From positions 36,270,001 through 36,334,000 of the forward strand of contig OZ024743.1 in NCBI GenBank assembly GCA_964016885.1: 64,000 bases of DNA. Direction: 5' to 3'. The first letter of the stretch is position 1. Each line of letters begins with the position of its first letter. The translations under genes and the position numbers were made by a program. Below, piece after piece: positions 50,201 through 64,000 of the stretch. Below the pieces are notes generated by a model. It saw only the letters and a program-made list of their open reading frames with translations, was not told where the DNA came from and made no database searches. The stretch comes from Eledone cirrhosa. Lineage: Eukaryota.

Positions 50201-53200
50201 AATGTTCCCCTACAGTCTTTGTTAATATACCTCTACAGTCTTTGTTAATGTTCCTCTACAGTCTTTGTTAATGTTCCTCTACAGTCTTTGTTAATGTTCC
50301 TCTACAGTCTTTGTTAATGTTCCTCTACAGTCTTTGTTAATGTTCCTCTACAGCCCTTGTTAATGTTCCTCTACAGTCGTTGTTAATGTTCCTGTACAGT
50401 CTTTGTTAATGTTCCCCTACAGTCTTTGTTATTGTTCCTCTACAGTCTTTGTTAAGGTTCCTCTACAGTCTTTGTTAATGTTCCTCTACAGTCCCAGTTA
50501 ATAATCCTCTACAGTCCTTATTAATGTTCCTCTACAGTCCTTGTTAATGTTCCTCTACAGTCCTTGTTAATGTTCCTCTACAGTCTTTGTTAATGTTCCT
50601 CTACAGTCTTTTTTAATGTTCCTCTACAGTCCCAGTTAATAATCCTCTACATTCCTTATTAATATTCCTCTACAGTCCTTGTTAATGTTCCTCTACAGTC
50701 CTTGTTAATGTTCCTCTACAGTCCTTGTTAATGTTCCTCTACAGTCTTTGTTAATGTTCCTCTACAGTCTTTGTCAATATACCTCTACAGTCTTTGTTAA
50801 TGTTCCTCTACAGTCCTTGATAATGTTCCTCGACAGTCCTTGTTAATGTTCCTCGACAGTCTTTGTTAATGGTCCCCTACAGTCTTTGTTAATGTTCCCC
50901 TACAGTCTTTGTTAATATACCTCTACAGTCTTTGTTAATGTTCCTCTACAGTCTTTGTTAATGTTCCTCTACAGTCTTTGTTAATGTTCCTCTACAGTCT
51001 TTGTTAATGTTCCTCTACAGTCTTTGTTAATGTTCCTCTACAGCCCTTGTTAATGTTCCTCTACAGTCGTTGTTAATGTTCCTGTACAGTCTTTGTTAAT
51101 GTTCCCCTACAGTCTTTGTTAATATACCTCTACAGTCTTTGTTAATGTTCCTCTACAGTCTTTGTTAATGTTCCTCTACAGTCTTTGTTAATGTTCCTAT
51201 ACAGTCCTTGTTAATGTTCCTCTACAGTCCTTGTAATTGTTCCTCTACAGTCTTTGATAATGTTGCTGTACAGTCTTTGTTAATATACCTCTACAGTCCT
51301 TGTTAATGTTCCTCTACAGTCTTTGTTAATGTTCCTGTACAGTCCTTGTTAATGTTCCTCTATAGTCCCAGTTAATGTTCCCCTACAGTCCTTATTAATG
51401 TTCCTCTACACTCTTTGATAATATTCCTCTACAGTCTTTGTTAATGTTCCTCTACAGTCTTTGTTAATATTCCTCTACAGTCCTTGTTAATGTTCCTCTA
51501 CAGTCTTTGTTAATGTTCCTCTATAGTCCCAGTTAATGTTCCCCTACAGTCTTTGTTAATATTCCCCTACTGTCTTTATTAATGTTCCTCTACAGTCTTT
51601 GTTAATGTTCCTCTATAGTCCCAGTGAATGTTCCCCTACAGTCTTTGTTAATGTTCCTCTACAGTCCTTGTTAATGTTCCTCTACAGTCTTTGTTAACGT
51701 TCCTCTACAGTCCCAGTTAATGTTCTTCTACAGTCTTTTCTATTATTCCTCTATAGTCCCAGTTAATGTTCCTCTACAGTCCTTGTTAATGTTCCTCTGC
51801 AGTCTTTGTTAATGTTCCTCTACAGTCCTTGTTAATGTTCCTCTACAGTCCGAGTTAATGTTCCTCTACAGTCTTTGTGAATGTTCCTGTACAGTTCCTG
51901 TTAATGTTCCTCTATAGTCCCAGTTAATGTTCCTCTACAGTCCTTGTTAAGGTTCCTCTACAATCTTTGTTAATGTTCCTGTACAGTCCTTGATAATGTA
52001 CCTCTATAGTCCCAGTTAATGTTCCTCTACAGTCTTTGTTAATGTTCCTGTACAGTCCTTGTTAATGTTCCTCTATAGTCCCAGTTAATGTTCCTCTACA
52101 GTCCTTTTTAATGTTCCTCTACAGTTTTGTTAATGTTCCTGTACAGTCCTTGTTAATGTTCCTCTATAGTCCCAGTTAATATTCCTCTACAGTGTTTGTT
52201 AATGTTCCTCTACAGTCTTTGTTAATGTTCCTGTACAGTCCTTGATAATGTTCCTCTATAGTCCCAGTTAATGTTGCTCTACAGTCCTTGTTAATGTTCC
52301 TCTACAGTCTTTGTTAATGTTCCTGTACAGTCCTTGTTAATGTTCCTCTATAGTCCCAGTTAATGTTGCTCTACAGTCCCTGATAATGTTCCTCTACAGT
52401 CCTTGTTAATGTTCCTCGACAGTCTTTGTTAATGTTCCCCTACAGTCTTTGTTAATGTTCCCCTACAGTCTTTGTTAATATACCTCTACAGTCTTTGTGA
52501 ATGTTCCTCTACAGTCTTTGTTAATGTTCCTCTACAGTCTGTGTTAATGTTCCTCTACAGTCTTTGTTAATGTTCCTCTACAGTCTTTGTTAATGTTCCT
52601 CTACATTCTTTGTTAATGTTCCTCTACAGTCTTTGTTAATGTTCCTCTACAGTCTTTGTTAATGTTCCTCTACAGTCTTTGTTAATGTTCCTCTACAGTC
52701 TTTGTTAATGTTCCTCTACAGTCCTTGTTAATGTTCCTCTACAGTCTTTGTTAATGTTCCCCTACAGTATTTGTTAATATACCTCTACAGTCTTTGTTAA
52801 TGTTCCTCTACAGTCTTTGTTAATGTTCCTCTACAGTCTTTGTTAATGTTCCTATACAGTCCTTGTTAATGTTCCTCTACAGTCCTTGTTAATGTTCCTC
52901 TACAGTCTTTGTTAATGTTCCTGTACACTCTTTGTTAATATACCTCTACAGTCTTTGTTAATGTTCCTCTACAGTCCTTGTTAATGTTCCTCTACAGTCT
53001 TTGTTAATGTTCCTCTACATTCTTTGTTAATGTTCCTATACAGTCCTTGTTAATGTTCCTCTACAGTCCCTGTAAATGTTCCTCTACAGTCATTGATAAT
53101 GTTCCTGTACAGTCTTTGTTAATATACCTCTACAGTCTATATTAATGTTCCTCCACAGCCCTTGTTAATGTTCCTCTACAGTCTTTGTTAATGTTCCTCT

Positions 53201-56200
53201 ACAATCTTTGTTAATGTTCCTCTACAGTCTTTGTTAATGTTCCTCTACAGTCATTGTTAATGTTCCTCTACGGTCTTTGTTAATGTTCCTCTACAATCTT
53301 TGTTAATGTTCCTCTACAGTCTTTGTTAATGTTCCTCTACAGTCCCAGTTAATGATCCTCTACTGTCCTTGTTAATATTCCTCTACAGTCCTTGTTAATG
53401 TTCCTCTACAGACTTTGTTAATGTTCCTCTACAGTCTTTGTTAATGTTCCTCTACAGTCTTTGTTTATGTTCCTCTACAGTCTTTGTTAATGTTCCTCTA
53501 CAGTCTTTGTTAATGTTCCTCTACAGTCCTTGTTAATGTTCCTCAACAGTCTTTGTTAATGTTCCCCTACAGTCTTTGTTAATATACCTCTACAGTCTTT
53601 GTTAATGTTCCTCTACAGTCTTTGTTAATGTTCCTCAACAGTCTTTGTTAATGTTCCTATACAGTCCTTGTTAATGTTCCTCTACAGTCCTTGTTAATGT
53701 TCCTCTACAGTCTTTGTTAATGTTCCTGTACAGTCTTTGTTAATATACCTCTACAGTCTTTGTTAATGTTCCTCTACAGTCCTTGTTAATGTTCCTCTAC
53801 AGTCTTTGTTAATGTTCCTCTACATTCTTTGTTAATGTTCCTATACAATCCCTGTAAATGTTCCTCTACAGTCATTGATAATGTTCCTGTACAGTCTTTG
53901 TTAATATACCTCTACAGTCTTTCTTAATGTTCCTCTACAGCCCTTGTTAATGTTCCTCTACAGTCTTTGTTAATGTTCCTCTACAATCTTTGTTAATGTT
54001 CCTCTACAGTCTTTGTTAATGTTCCTCTACAGTCATTGTTAATGTTCCTCTACGGTCTTTGTTAATGTTCCTCTACAATCTATGTTAATGTACCTCTACA
54101 GTCTTTGTTAATGTTCCTCTACAGTCTTTGTTAATGTTTCCCTACAGTCTTTGTTAATGTTCCTCTACAGTCCCAGTTAATGATCCTCTACTGTCCTTGT
54201 TAATGTTCCTCTACAGTCCTTGTTAATGTTCCTCTACAGACTTTGTTAATGTTCCTCTACAGTCTTTGTTAATGTTCCTCTACAGTCTTTGTTCATGTTC
54301 CTCTACAGTCATTGTTACTGTTCCTCTACAGTCTTTGTTAATGTTCCTCTACAGTCCTTGAGAATGTTCTTCTACAGTCTTTGATAATGTTCCTCTACAG
54401 TCCTTGTTAATGTTCCTCTACAGTCCTTGTTAATGTTCTTCTACAGTCTTTGATAATGTTCCTCTACAGTCCTTGAGAATGTTCTTCTACAGTCTTTGAT
54501 AATGTTCCTCTACAGTCCTTGTTAATGTTCCTCTACAGTCCTTGTTAATGTTCCTCTACAGTCCTTGTTAATGTTCCTCTACAGTCTTTGTTAATGTTCC
54601 TCTACAGTCCTTGTAAATGTTCCTCTACAGTCTATTTTCATGTTCCACTACAGTTATTTGTTAATGTTCCTCTACAGTCTTTGTTAATGTTCCTCTACAG
54701 TCTTTGTTAATGTTCCTCTACAGTCTTTGTTAATGTTCCTCTTCAGTCTTTGTTAATGTTCTTCTACAGTCGTTGCTAATGTTCCTCTACAGTCTTTGTT
54801 AATGTTCCTCTACAGTCCTTGTTAATGTTCCTCTACAGTCTTTGTTAATGTTCCTCTACAGTCTTTGTTAATATACCTCTATAGTCTTTGTTAATGTTCC
54901 TCTACAGTATTTGTTAATGTTCCTCTACAGTCTTTTTTAATGTTCCTCTACAGTATTTTTTAATGTTCCTCTACAGTCTTTGTTAATGTTCCACTACAGT
55001 CTTTGTTACTATTCCTCTACACTCTTTGTTAATGTTCCTCTACAGTCTTTTTTAATGTTCCTCTACAGTCTTTTTTAATGTTCCTCTACAGTCTTTGTTA
55101 ATGTTCCTCTACAGTCTTTGTTACTATTCCTCTATAGTCTTTGTTAATGTTCTTCTACAGTCTTTCTTAATGTTCCTCTACAGTCCTTGTTAATGTTCCT
55201 CTACAGTCTTTGTTAATGTTCCTCTACAGTCTTTGTTAATGTTCCTCTACAGTCCCAGTTAATGTTCCTCTACAGTCTCTGTTAATGTTCCTCTACAGTC
55301 TTTTTTAATGTTCCTCTACAATCTTTGTTAATGTTCCACTACAGTCTTTGTTACTATTCCTCTACACTCTTTGTTAATGTTCCTCTACAGTCTTTGTTAA
55401 TGTTCCTCTACAGTCTTTGTTACTATTCCTCTACAGTCTTTGTTAATGTTCCACTACAGTCTTTGTTACTATTCCTCTACACTCTTTGTTAATGTTCCTC
55501 TACAGTCTTTTTTAATGTTCCTCTACGGTCTTTTTTAATGTTCCTCTACAGTCTTTGTTAATGTTCCTCTACAGTCTTTGTTACTATTCCTCTACAGTCT
55601 TTGTTAATCTTCCACTACAGTCTTTGTTACTATTCCTCTACACTCTTTGTTAATGTTCCTCTACAGTCTTTTTTAATGTTCCTCTACAGTCCTTGTTAAT
55701 GTTCCTCTACAGTTTTTGTTAATGTTCCTCTACAATCTTTGTTAATGTTCCTCTACAGTCTTTGATAATGTTCCTCTACAGTCTTTGTTAATGTTCCTCT
55801 ACAGTCCTTGTTAATGTTCCTCTACAGTCTTTGTTAATGTTCCTCTACAGTCTTTGTTAATGTTCCTCTACAGTCTTTGTTAATGTTCCTCTACAGTCTT
55901 TGTTAATGTTCCCCTACAGTCTTTGTTAATATACCTCTACAGTCTTTGTGAATGTTCCTCTACAGTCTTTGTTAATGTTCCTCTACAGTCTGTGTTAATG
56001 TTCCTCTACAGTCTTTGTTAATGTTCCTCTACAGTCTTTGTTAATGTTCCTCTACATTCTTTGTTAATGTTCCTCTACAGTCTTTGTTAATGTTCCTCTA
56101 CAGTCTTTGTTAATGTTCCTCTACAGTCTTTGTTAATGTTCCTCTACAGTCTTTGTTAATGTTCCTCTACAGTCCTTGTTAATGTTCCTCTACAGTCTTT

Positions 56201-59200
56201 GTTAATGTTCCCCTACAGTATTTGTTAATATACCTCTACAGTCTTTGTTAATGTTCCTCTACAGTCTTTGTTAATGTTCCTCTACAGTCTTTGTTAATGT
56301 TCCTATACAGTCCTTGTTAATGTTCCTCTACATTCCTTGTTAATGTTCCTCTACAGTCTTTGTTAATGTTCCTGTACACTCTTTGTTAATATACCTCTAC
56401 AGTCTTTGTTAATGTTCCTCTACAGTCCTTGTTAATGTTCCTCTACAGTCTTTGTTAATGTTCCTCTACATTCTTTGTTAATGTTCCTATACAGTCCTTG
56501 TTAATGTTCCTCTACAGTCCCTGTAAATGTTCCTCTACAGTCATTGATAATGTTCCTGTACAGTCATTGTTAATATACCTCTACAGTCTATATTAATGTT
56601 CCTCCACAGCCCTTGTTAATGTTCCTCTACAGTCTTTGTTAATGTTCCTCTACAATCTTTGTTAATGTTCCTCTACAGTCTTTGTTAATGTTCCTCTACA
56701 GTCATTGTTAATGTTCCTCTACGGTCTTTGTTAATGTTCCTCTACAATCTTTGTTAATGTTCCTCTACAGTCTTTGTTAATGTTCCTCTACAGTCCCAGT
56801 TAATGATCCTCTACTGTCCTTGTTAATATTCCTCTACAGTCCTTGTTAATGTTCCTCTACAGACTTTGTTAATGTTCCTCTACAGTCTTTGTTAATGTTC
56901 CTCTACAGTCTTTGTTTATGTTCCTCTACAGTCTTTGTTAATGTTCCTCTACAGTCTTTGTTAATGTTCCTCTACAGTCCTTGTTAATGTTCCTCAACAG
57001 TCTTTGTTAATGTTCCCCTACAGTCTTTGTTAATATACCTCTACAGTCTTTGTTAATGTTCCTCTACAGTCTTTGTTAATGTTCCTCAACAGTCTTTGTT
57101 AATGTTCCTATACAGTCCTTGTTAATGTTCCTCTACAGTCCTTGTTAATGTTCCTCTACAGTCTTTGTTAATGTTCCTGTACAGTCTTTGTTAATATACC
57201 TCTACAGTCTTTGTTAATGTTCCTCTACAGTCCTTGTTAATGTTCCTCTACAGTCTTTGTTAATGTTCCTCTACATTCTTTGTTAATGTTCCTATACAAT
57301 CCCTGTAAATGTTCCTCTACAGTCATTGATAATGTTCCTGTACAGTCTTTGTTAATATACCTCTACAGTCTTTCTTAATGTTCCTCTACAGCCCTTGTTA
57401 ATGTTCCTCTACAGTCTTTGTTAATGTTCCTCTACAATCTTTGTTAATGTTCCTCTACAGTCTTTGTTAATGTTCCTCTACAGTCATTGTTAATGTTCCT
57501 CTACGGTCTTTGTTAATGTTCCTCTACAATCTATGTTAATGTACCTCTACAGTCTTTGTTAATGTTCCTCTACAGTCTTTGTTAATGTTTCCCTACAGTC
57601 TTTGTTAATGTTCCTCTACAGTCCCAGTTAATGATCCTCTACTGTCCTTGTTAATGTTCCTCTACAGTCCTTGTTAATGTTCCTCTACAGACTTTGTTAA
57701 TGTTCCTCTACAGTCTTTGTTAATGTTCCTCTACAGTCTTTGTTCATGTTCCTCTACAGTCATTGTTACTGTTCCTCTACAGTCTTTGTTAATGTTCCTC
57801 TACAGTCCTTGAGAATGTTCTTCTACAGTCTTTGATAATGTTCCTCTACAGTCCTTGTTAATGTTCCTCTACAGTCCTTGTTAATGTTCTTCTACAGTCT
57901 TTGATAATGTTCCTCTACAGTCCTTGAGAATGTTCTTCTACAGTCTTTGATAATGTTCCTCTACAGTCCTTGTTAATGTTCCTCTACAGTCCTTGTTAAT
58001 GTTCCTCTACAGTCCTTGTTAATGTTCCTCTACAGTCTTTGTTAATGTTCCTCTACAGTCCTTGTAAATGTTCCTCTACAGTCTATTTTCATGTTCCACT
58101 ACAGTTATTTGTTAATGTTCCTCTACAGTCTTTGTTAATGTTCCTCTACAGTCTTTGTTAATGTTCCTCTACAGTCTTTGTTAATGTTCCTCTTCAGTCT
58201 TTGTTAATGTTCTTCTACAGTCGTTGCTAATGTTCCTCTACAGTCTTTGTTAATGTTCCTCTACAGTCCTTGTTAATGTTCCTCTACAGTCTTTGTTAAT
58301 GTTCCTCTACAGTCTTTGTTAATATACCTCTATAGTCTTTGTTAATGTTCCTCTACAGTATTTGTTAATGTTCCTCTACAGTCTTTTTTAATGTTCCTCT
58401 ACAGTATTTTTTAATGTTCCTCTACAGTCTTTGTTAATGTTCCACTACAGTCTTTGTTACTATTCCTCTACACTCTTTGTTAATGTTCCTCTACAGTCTT
58501 TTTTAATGTTCCTCTACAGTCTTTTTTAATGTTCCTCTACAGTCTTTGTTAATGTTCCTCTACAGTCTTTGTTACTATTCCTCTATAGTCTTTGTTAATG
58601 TTCTTCTACAGTCTTTCTTAATGTTCCTCTACAGTCCTTGTTAATGTTCCTCTACAGTCTTTGTTAATGTTCCTCTACAGTCTTTGTTAATGTTCCTCTA
58701 CAGTCCCAGTTAATGTTCCTCTACAGTCTCTGTTAATGTTCCTCTACAGTCTTTTTTAATGTTCCTCTACAATCTTTGTTAATGTTCCACTACAGTCTTT
58801 GTTAATGTTCCTCTACACTCTTTGTTAATGTTCCTCTACAGTCTTTGTTAATGTTCCTCTACAGTCTTTGTTACTATTCCTCTACAGTCTTTGTTAATGT
58901 TCCACTACAGTCTTTGTTACTATTCCTCTACACTCTTTGTTAATGTTCCTCTACAGTCTTTTTTAATGTTCCTCTACGGTCTTTTTTAATGTTCCTCTAC
59001 AGTCTTTGTTAATGTTCCTCTACAGTCTTTGTTACTATTCCTCTACAGTCTTTGTTAATCTTCCACTACAGTCTTTGTTACTATTCCTCTACACTCTTTG
59101 TTAATGTTCCTCTACAGTCTTTTTTAATGTTCCTCTACAGTCCTTGTTAATGTTCCTCTACAGTTTTTGTTAATGTTCCTCTACAATCTTTGTTAATGTT

Positions 59201-62200
59201 CCTCTACAGTCTTTGATAATGTTCCTCTACAGTCTTTGTTAATGTTCCTCTACAGTCCTTGTTAATGTTCCTCTACAGTCTTTGTTAATGTTCCTCTACA
59301 GTCTTTGTTAATGTTCCTCTACAGTCTTTGTTAATGTTCCTCTACAGTCTTTGTTAATGTTCCTCTACAGTCTTTGTTAATGTTCCTCTACAGTCTTTGT
59401 TAATGTTCCTCTACAGTCCTTGTTAATGTTCCTCTACAATCTTTGTTAATGTTCCTCTACAGTCTTTGTTAATGTTCCTCTACAGTCATTGTTAATGTTC
59501 CTCTACGGTCTTTGTTAATGTTCCTCTACAATCTATGTTAATGTACCTCTACAGTCTTTGTTAATGTTCCTCTACAGTCTTTGTTAATGTTTCCCTACAG
59601 TCTTTGTTAATGTTCCTCTACAGTCCCAGTTAATGATCCTCTACTGTCCTTGTTAATGTTCCTCTACAGTCCTTGTTAATGTTCCTCTACAGACTTTGTT
59701 AATGTTCCTCTACAGTCTTTGTTAATGTTCCTCTACAGTCTTTGTTCATGTTCCTCTACAGTCATTGTTACTGTTCCTCTACAGTCTTTGTTAATGTTCC
59801 TCTACAGTCCTTGTAAATGTTCCTCTACAGTCTATTTTCATGTTCCACTACAGTTATTTGTTAATGTTCCTCTACAGTCTTTGTTAATGTTCCTCTACAG
59901 TCTTTTTTAATGTTCCTCTACAGTCTTTGTTAATGTTCCTCTACAGTCTTTGTTAATATACCTCTATAGTCTTTGTTAATGTTCCTCTACAGTCTTTGTT
60001 AATGTTCCTCTACAGTCTTTTTTAATGTTCCTCTACAGTATTTTTTAATGTTCCTCTACAGTCTTTGTTAATGTTCCACTACAGTCTTTGTTACTATTCC
60101 TCTACACTCTTTGTTAATGTTCCTCTACAGTCTTTTTTAATGTTCCTCTACAGTCTTTTTTAATGTTCCTCTACAGTCTTTGTTAATGTTCCTCTACAGT
60201 CTTTGTTACTATTCCTCTATAGTCTTTGTTAATGTTCTTCTACAGTCTTTCTTAATGTTCCTCTACAGTCCTTGTTAATGTTCCTCTACAGTCTTTGTTA
60301 ATGTTCCTCCACAGTCTTTGTTAATGTTCCTCTACAGTCCCAGTTAATGTTCCTCTACAGTCTCTGTTAATGTTCCTCTACAGTCTTTTTTAATGTTCCT
60401 CTACAGTCTTTGTTAATGTTCCACTACAGTCTTTGTTACTATTCCTCTACACTCTTTGTTAATGTTCCTCTACAGTCTTTGTTAATGTTCCTCTACAGTC
60501 TTTGTTACTATTCCTCTACAGTCTTTGTTAATATTCCACTACAGTCTTTGTTACTATTCCTCTACACTCTTTGTTAATGTTCCTCTACAGTCTTTGTTAC
60601 TATTCCTCTACAGTCTTTGTTAATGTTCCTCTACAGTCTTTTTTAATGTTCCTCTACAGTCCTTGTTAATGTTCCTCTACAGTCTTTGTTAATGTTCCTC
60701 TACAGTCTTTGTTAATGTGCCTCTACAGTCCTTGTTAATGTTCCTCTACAGTTTTTGTTAATGTTCCTCTACAATCTTTGTTAATGTTCCTCTACAGTCT
60801 TTGATAATGTTCCTCTACAGTCTTTGTTAATGTTCCTCTACAGTCCTTGTTAATGTTCCTCTACAGTCTTTGTTAATGTTCCTCTACAGTCTTTGTTAAT
60901 GTTCCTCTACAGTCTTTGTTAATGTTCCTCTACAGTCTTTGTTAATGTTCCTCTACAGTCTTTGTTAATGTTCCTCTACAGTCTTTGTTAATGTTCCTCT
61001 ACAGTCCTTGTTAATGTTCCTCTACAATCTTTGTTAATGTTCCTCTACAGTCTTTGTTAATGTTCCTCTACAGTCTTTGTTAATGTTCCTCTACAGTCCT
61101 TGTTAATGTTCCTCTACAGTTTTTGTTAATGTTACTCTACAGTCCTTGTTAACGTTCCTCTACAGTTTTTGTTAATGTTCCTCTACAATCTTTGTTAATG
61201 TTCCTCTGCAGTCTTTGTTAATGTTCCTCTACAGTCGTTGTTAATGTTCCTCTACAGTCTTTGTTAATGTTCCTCTGCAGTCTTTGTTAATGTTCCTCTA
61301 TAGTCCCAGTTAATGTTCCTCTACAGTCTCTGTTAATGTTCCTCTACAGTCTTTGTTAATGTTCCTCTACAGTCCTTGTTAATGTTCCTCTACAGTTTTT
61401 GTTAATGTTCCTCTACTGTCTTTGTTAATGTTCCTCTACAGTCTTTGATAATTTTCCTCTACATTCTTTGTTAATGTTCCTCTACAGTCCTTGTTAATGT
61501 TCCTCTACAGTCTTTGTTAATATTCGTCTACAGTCTTTGTAAATGTTCCTCTACAGTCTTTGTTACACTTCCTCTACAGTCTTTGTTAATGTTCCTCTAC
61601 AGTCTTTGTTAATGTTCCTCTACAGTCTTTGTTAATGTTCCTCTACAGTCTTTGTTAATGTTCCTCTACAGTCCTTGTTAATGTTCCTCTACAATCTTTG
61701 TTAATGTTCCTATACAGTCCTTGTTAATGTTCCTCTACAGTCCTTGTAAATGTTCCTCTACAGTCTTTGATAATGTTCCTGTACAGTCTTTGATAATATA
61801 CCTCTACAGTCTTTGTTAATGTTCCCCTACAGCCCTTGTTAATGTTCCTCTACAGTCCTTGTTAATGTTCCTCTACAGTCTTTGTTAATATTCGTCTACA
61901 GTCTTTGTTAATGTTCCTCTACAGTCTTTGTTAATGTTCCTCTACAGTCTTTGTTAATGTTCCTCTACAGTCTTTGTTAATGTTCCTCTACAGTCATTGT
62001 TAATGTTCCTCTACAGTCTTTGTTAATGTTCCGCTATAATCTATGTTAATGTACCTCTACAGTCTTTGTTAATGTTCCTCTACTGTCTTTGTTAATGATT
62101 CCCTACAGTCTTTGTTAATGTTCCTCTACAGTCCCAGTTAATGATCCTCTACTGTCCTTGTTAATGTTGCTCTACAGTCCTTGTTAATGTTCCTCTACAG

Positions 62201-64000
62201 TCTTTTTAATGTTTCTCTACAGTCTTTGTTAATGTTCCTCTACAGTCTTTGTTAATGTTCCTCTACAGTCCTTGTTAATGTTCCTCTACAGTTTTTGTTA
62301 ATGTTCCTCTACAATCTTTGTTAATGTTCCTCTGCAGTCTTTGTTAATGTTCCTCTACAGTCCTTGAGAATGTTCTTCTACAGTCTTTGATAATGTTCCT
62401 CTACAGTCCTTGTTAATGTTCCTCTACAGTCCTTGAGAATGTTCTTCTACAGTCTTTGATAATGTTCCTCTACAGTCCTTGTTAATGTTCCTCTACAGTC
62501 CTTGTTAATGTTCCTCTACAGTCCTTGTTAATGTTCCTCTACAGTCTTTGTTAATGTTCCTCTACAGTCCTTGTAATTGTTCCTCTACAGTCTATTTTGA
62601 TATTCCACTACAGTTATTTGTTAATGTTCCTCTACAGTCTTTGTTAATGTTCCTCTACAGTCTTTGTTAATGTTCTTCTACAGTCGTTGCTAATGTTCCT
62701 CTACAGTCTTTGTTAATGTTCCTCTACAGTCCTTGTTAATGTTCCTCTACAGTCTTTGTTAATGTTCCTCTACAGTCTTTGTTAATATACCTCTATAGTC
62801 TTTGTTAATGTTCCTCTACAGTCTTTGTTAATGTTCCTCTACAGTCTTTGTTAATGTTCCTCTACAGTATTTTTTAATGTTCCTCTACAGTCTTTGTTAA
62901 TGTTCCACTACAGTCTTTGTTACTATTCCTCTACACTCTTTGTTAATGTTCCTCTACAGTCTTTTTTAATGTTCCTCTACAGTCTTTTTTAATGTTCCTC
63001 TACAGTCTTTGTTAATGTTCCTCTACAGTCTTTGTTACTATTCCTCTATAGTCTTTGTTAATGTTCTTCTACAGTCTTTCTTAATGTTCCTCTACAGTCC
63101 TTGTTAATGTTCCTCTACAGTCTTTGTTAATGTTCCTCTACAGTCTTTGTTAATGTTCCTCTACAGTCCCAGTTAATGTTCCTCTACAGTCTCTGTTAAT
63201 GTTCCTCTACAGTCTTTTTTAATGTTCCTCTACAGTCTTTGTTAATGTTCCACTACAGTCTTTGTAACTATTCCTCTACACTCTTTGTTAATGTTCCTCT
63301 ACAGTCTTTGTTAATGTTCCTCTACAGTCTTTGTTACTATTCCTCTACAGTCTTTGTTAATGTTCCACTACAGTCTTTGTTACTATTCCTCTACACTCTT
63401 TGTTAATGTTCCTCTACAGTCTTTTTTAATGTTCCTCTACGGTCTTTTTTAATGTTCCTCTACAGTCTTTGTTAATGTTCCTCTACAGTCTTTCTTACTA
63501 TTCCTCTACAGTCTTTGTTAATGTTCCTCTACAGTCCTTGTTAATGTTCCTCTACAGTTTTTGTTAATGTTCCTCTACAATCTTTGTTAATGTTCCTCTA
63601 CAGTCTTTGATAATGTTCCTCTACAGTCTTTGTTAATGTTCCTCTACACTCCTTGTTAATGTTCCTCTACAGTCTTTGTTAATGTTCCTCTACAGTCTTT
63701 GTTAATGTTCCTCTACAGTCTTTGTTAATGTTCCTCTACAGTCTTTGTTAATGTTCCTCTACAGTCTTTGTTAATGTTCCTCTACAGTCTTTGTTAATGT
63801 TCCTCTACAGTCCTTGTTAATGTTCCTCTACAATCTTTGTTAATGTTCCTCTACAGTCTTTGTTAATGTTCCTCTACAGTCTTTGTTAATGTTCCTCTAC
63901 AGTCGTTGTTAATGTTCCTCTACAGTCTTTGTTAATGTTCCTCTACAGTCTTTGTTAATGTTCCTCTACAGTCTTTGTTAATGTTCCTCTACAGTCTTTG
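14265..64000. repeat. 23-bp tandem satellite, consensus GTTAATGTTCCTCTACAGTC(T/C)TT, about 2,160 monomers, runs off the window end
   Basis: Uninterrupted head-to-tail array in one orientation. Recurrent point variants, very few 1-bp indels, no spacers or insertions seen. Confidence 0.99.

Noticed and set aside
14265-64000. CRISPR array or information-coding repeat
   Set aside because: Monomers are contiguous with no unique spacers, there are no cas genes, and the context is eukaryotic. The variant patterns are explained by segmental duplications.

Overview
Eukaryotic, gene-poor repeat DNA. An octopod cephalopod origin is likely, inferred only from my recognition of the SINE family. No host protein-coding gene, rRNA, tRNA gene or CRISPR array is supported. 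Bases 1-14,264 are a dense nest of mobile elements: tRNA-derived SINEs (one with a 15-bp TSD), two non-autonomous Helitrons, and several 5'-truncated Penelope-like retroelements (PLEs) whose ends abut (TA)n tracts. Two PLEs are inverted fold-back insertions: about 3628-6284 (GIY-YIG endonuclease remnant) and 6584-10367 (near-perfect 3.8-kb palindrome encoding RT plus GIY-YIG). The PLE terminal regions carry minimal type I hammerhead ribozyme motifs of four unrelated sequence types. A fifth, non-canonical hammerhead-like motif, with a compensatory U3:A8 core and GCAA, occurs twice. Bases 14,265-64,000 are one uninterrupted 23-bp satellite (about 2,160 monomers) with nested higher-order periods of 92, 690/713, 3451, 7130 and 7935 bp.
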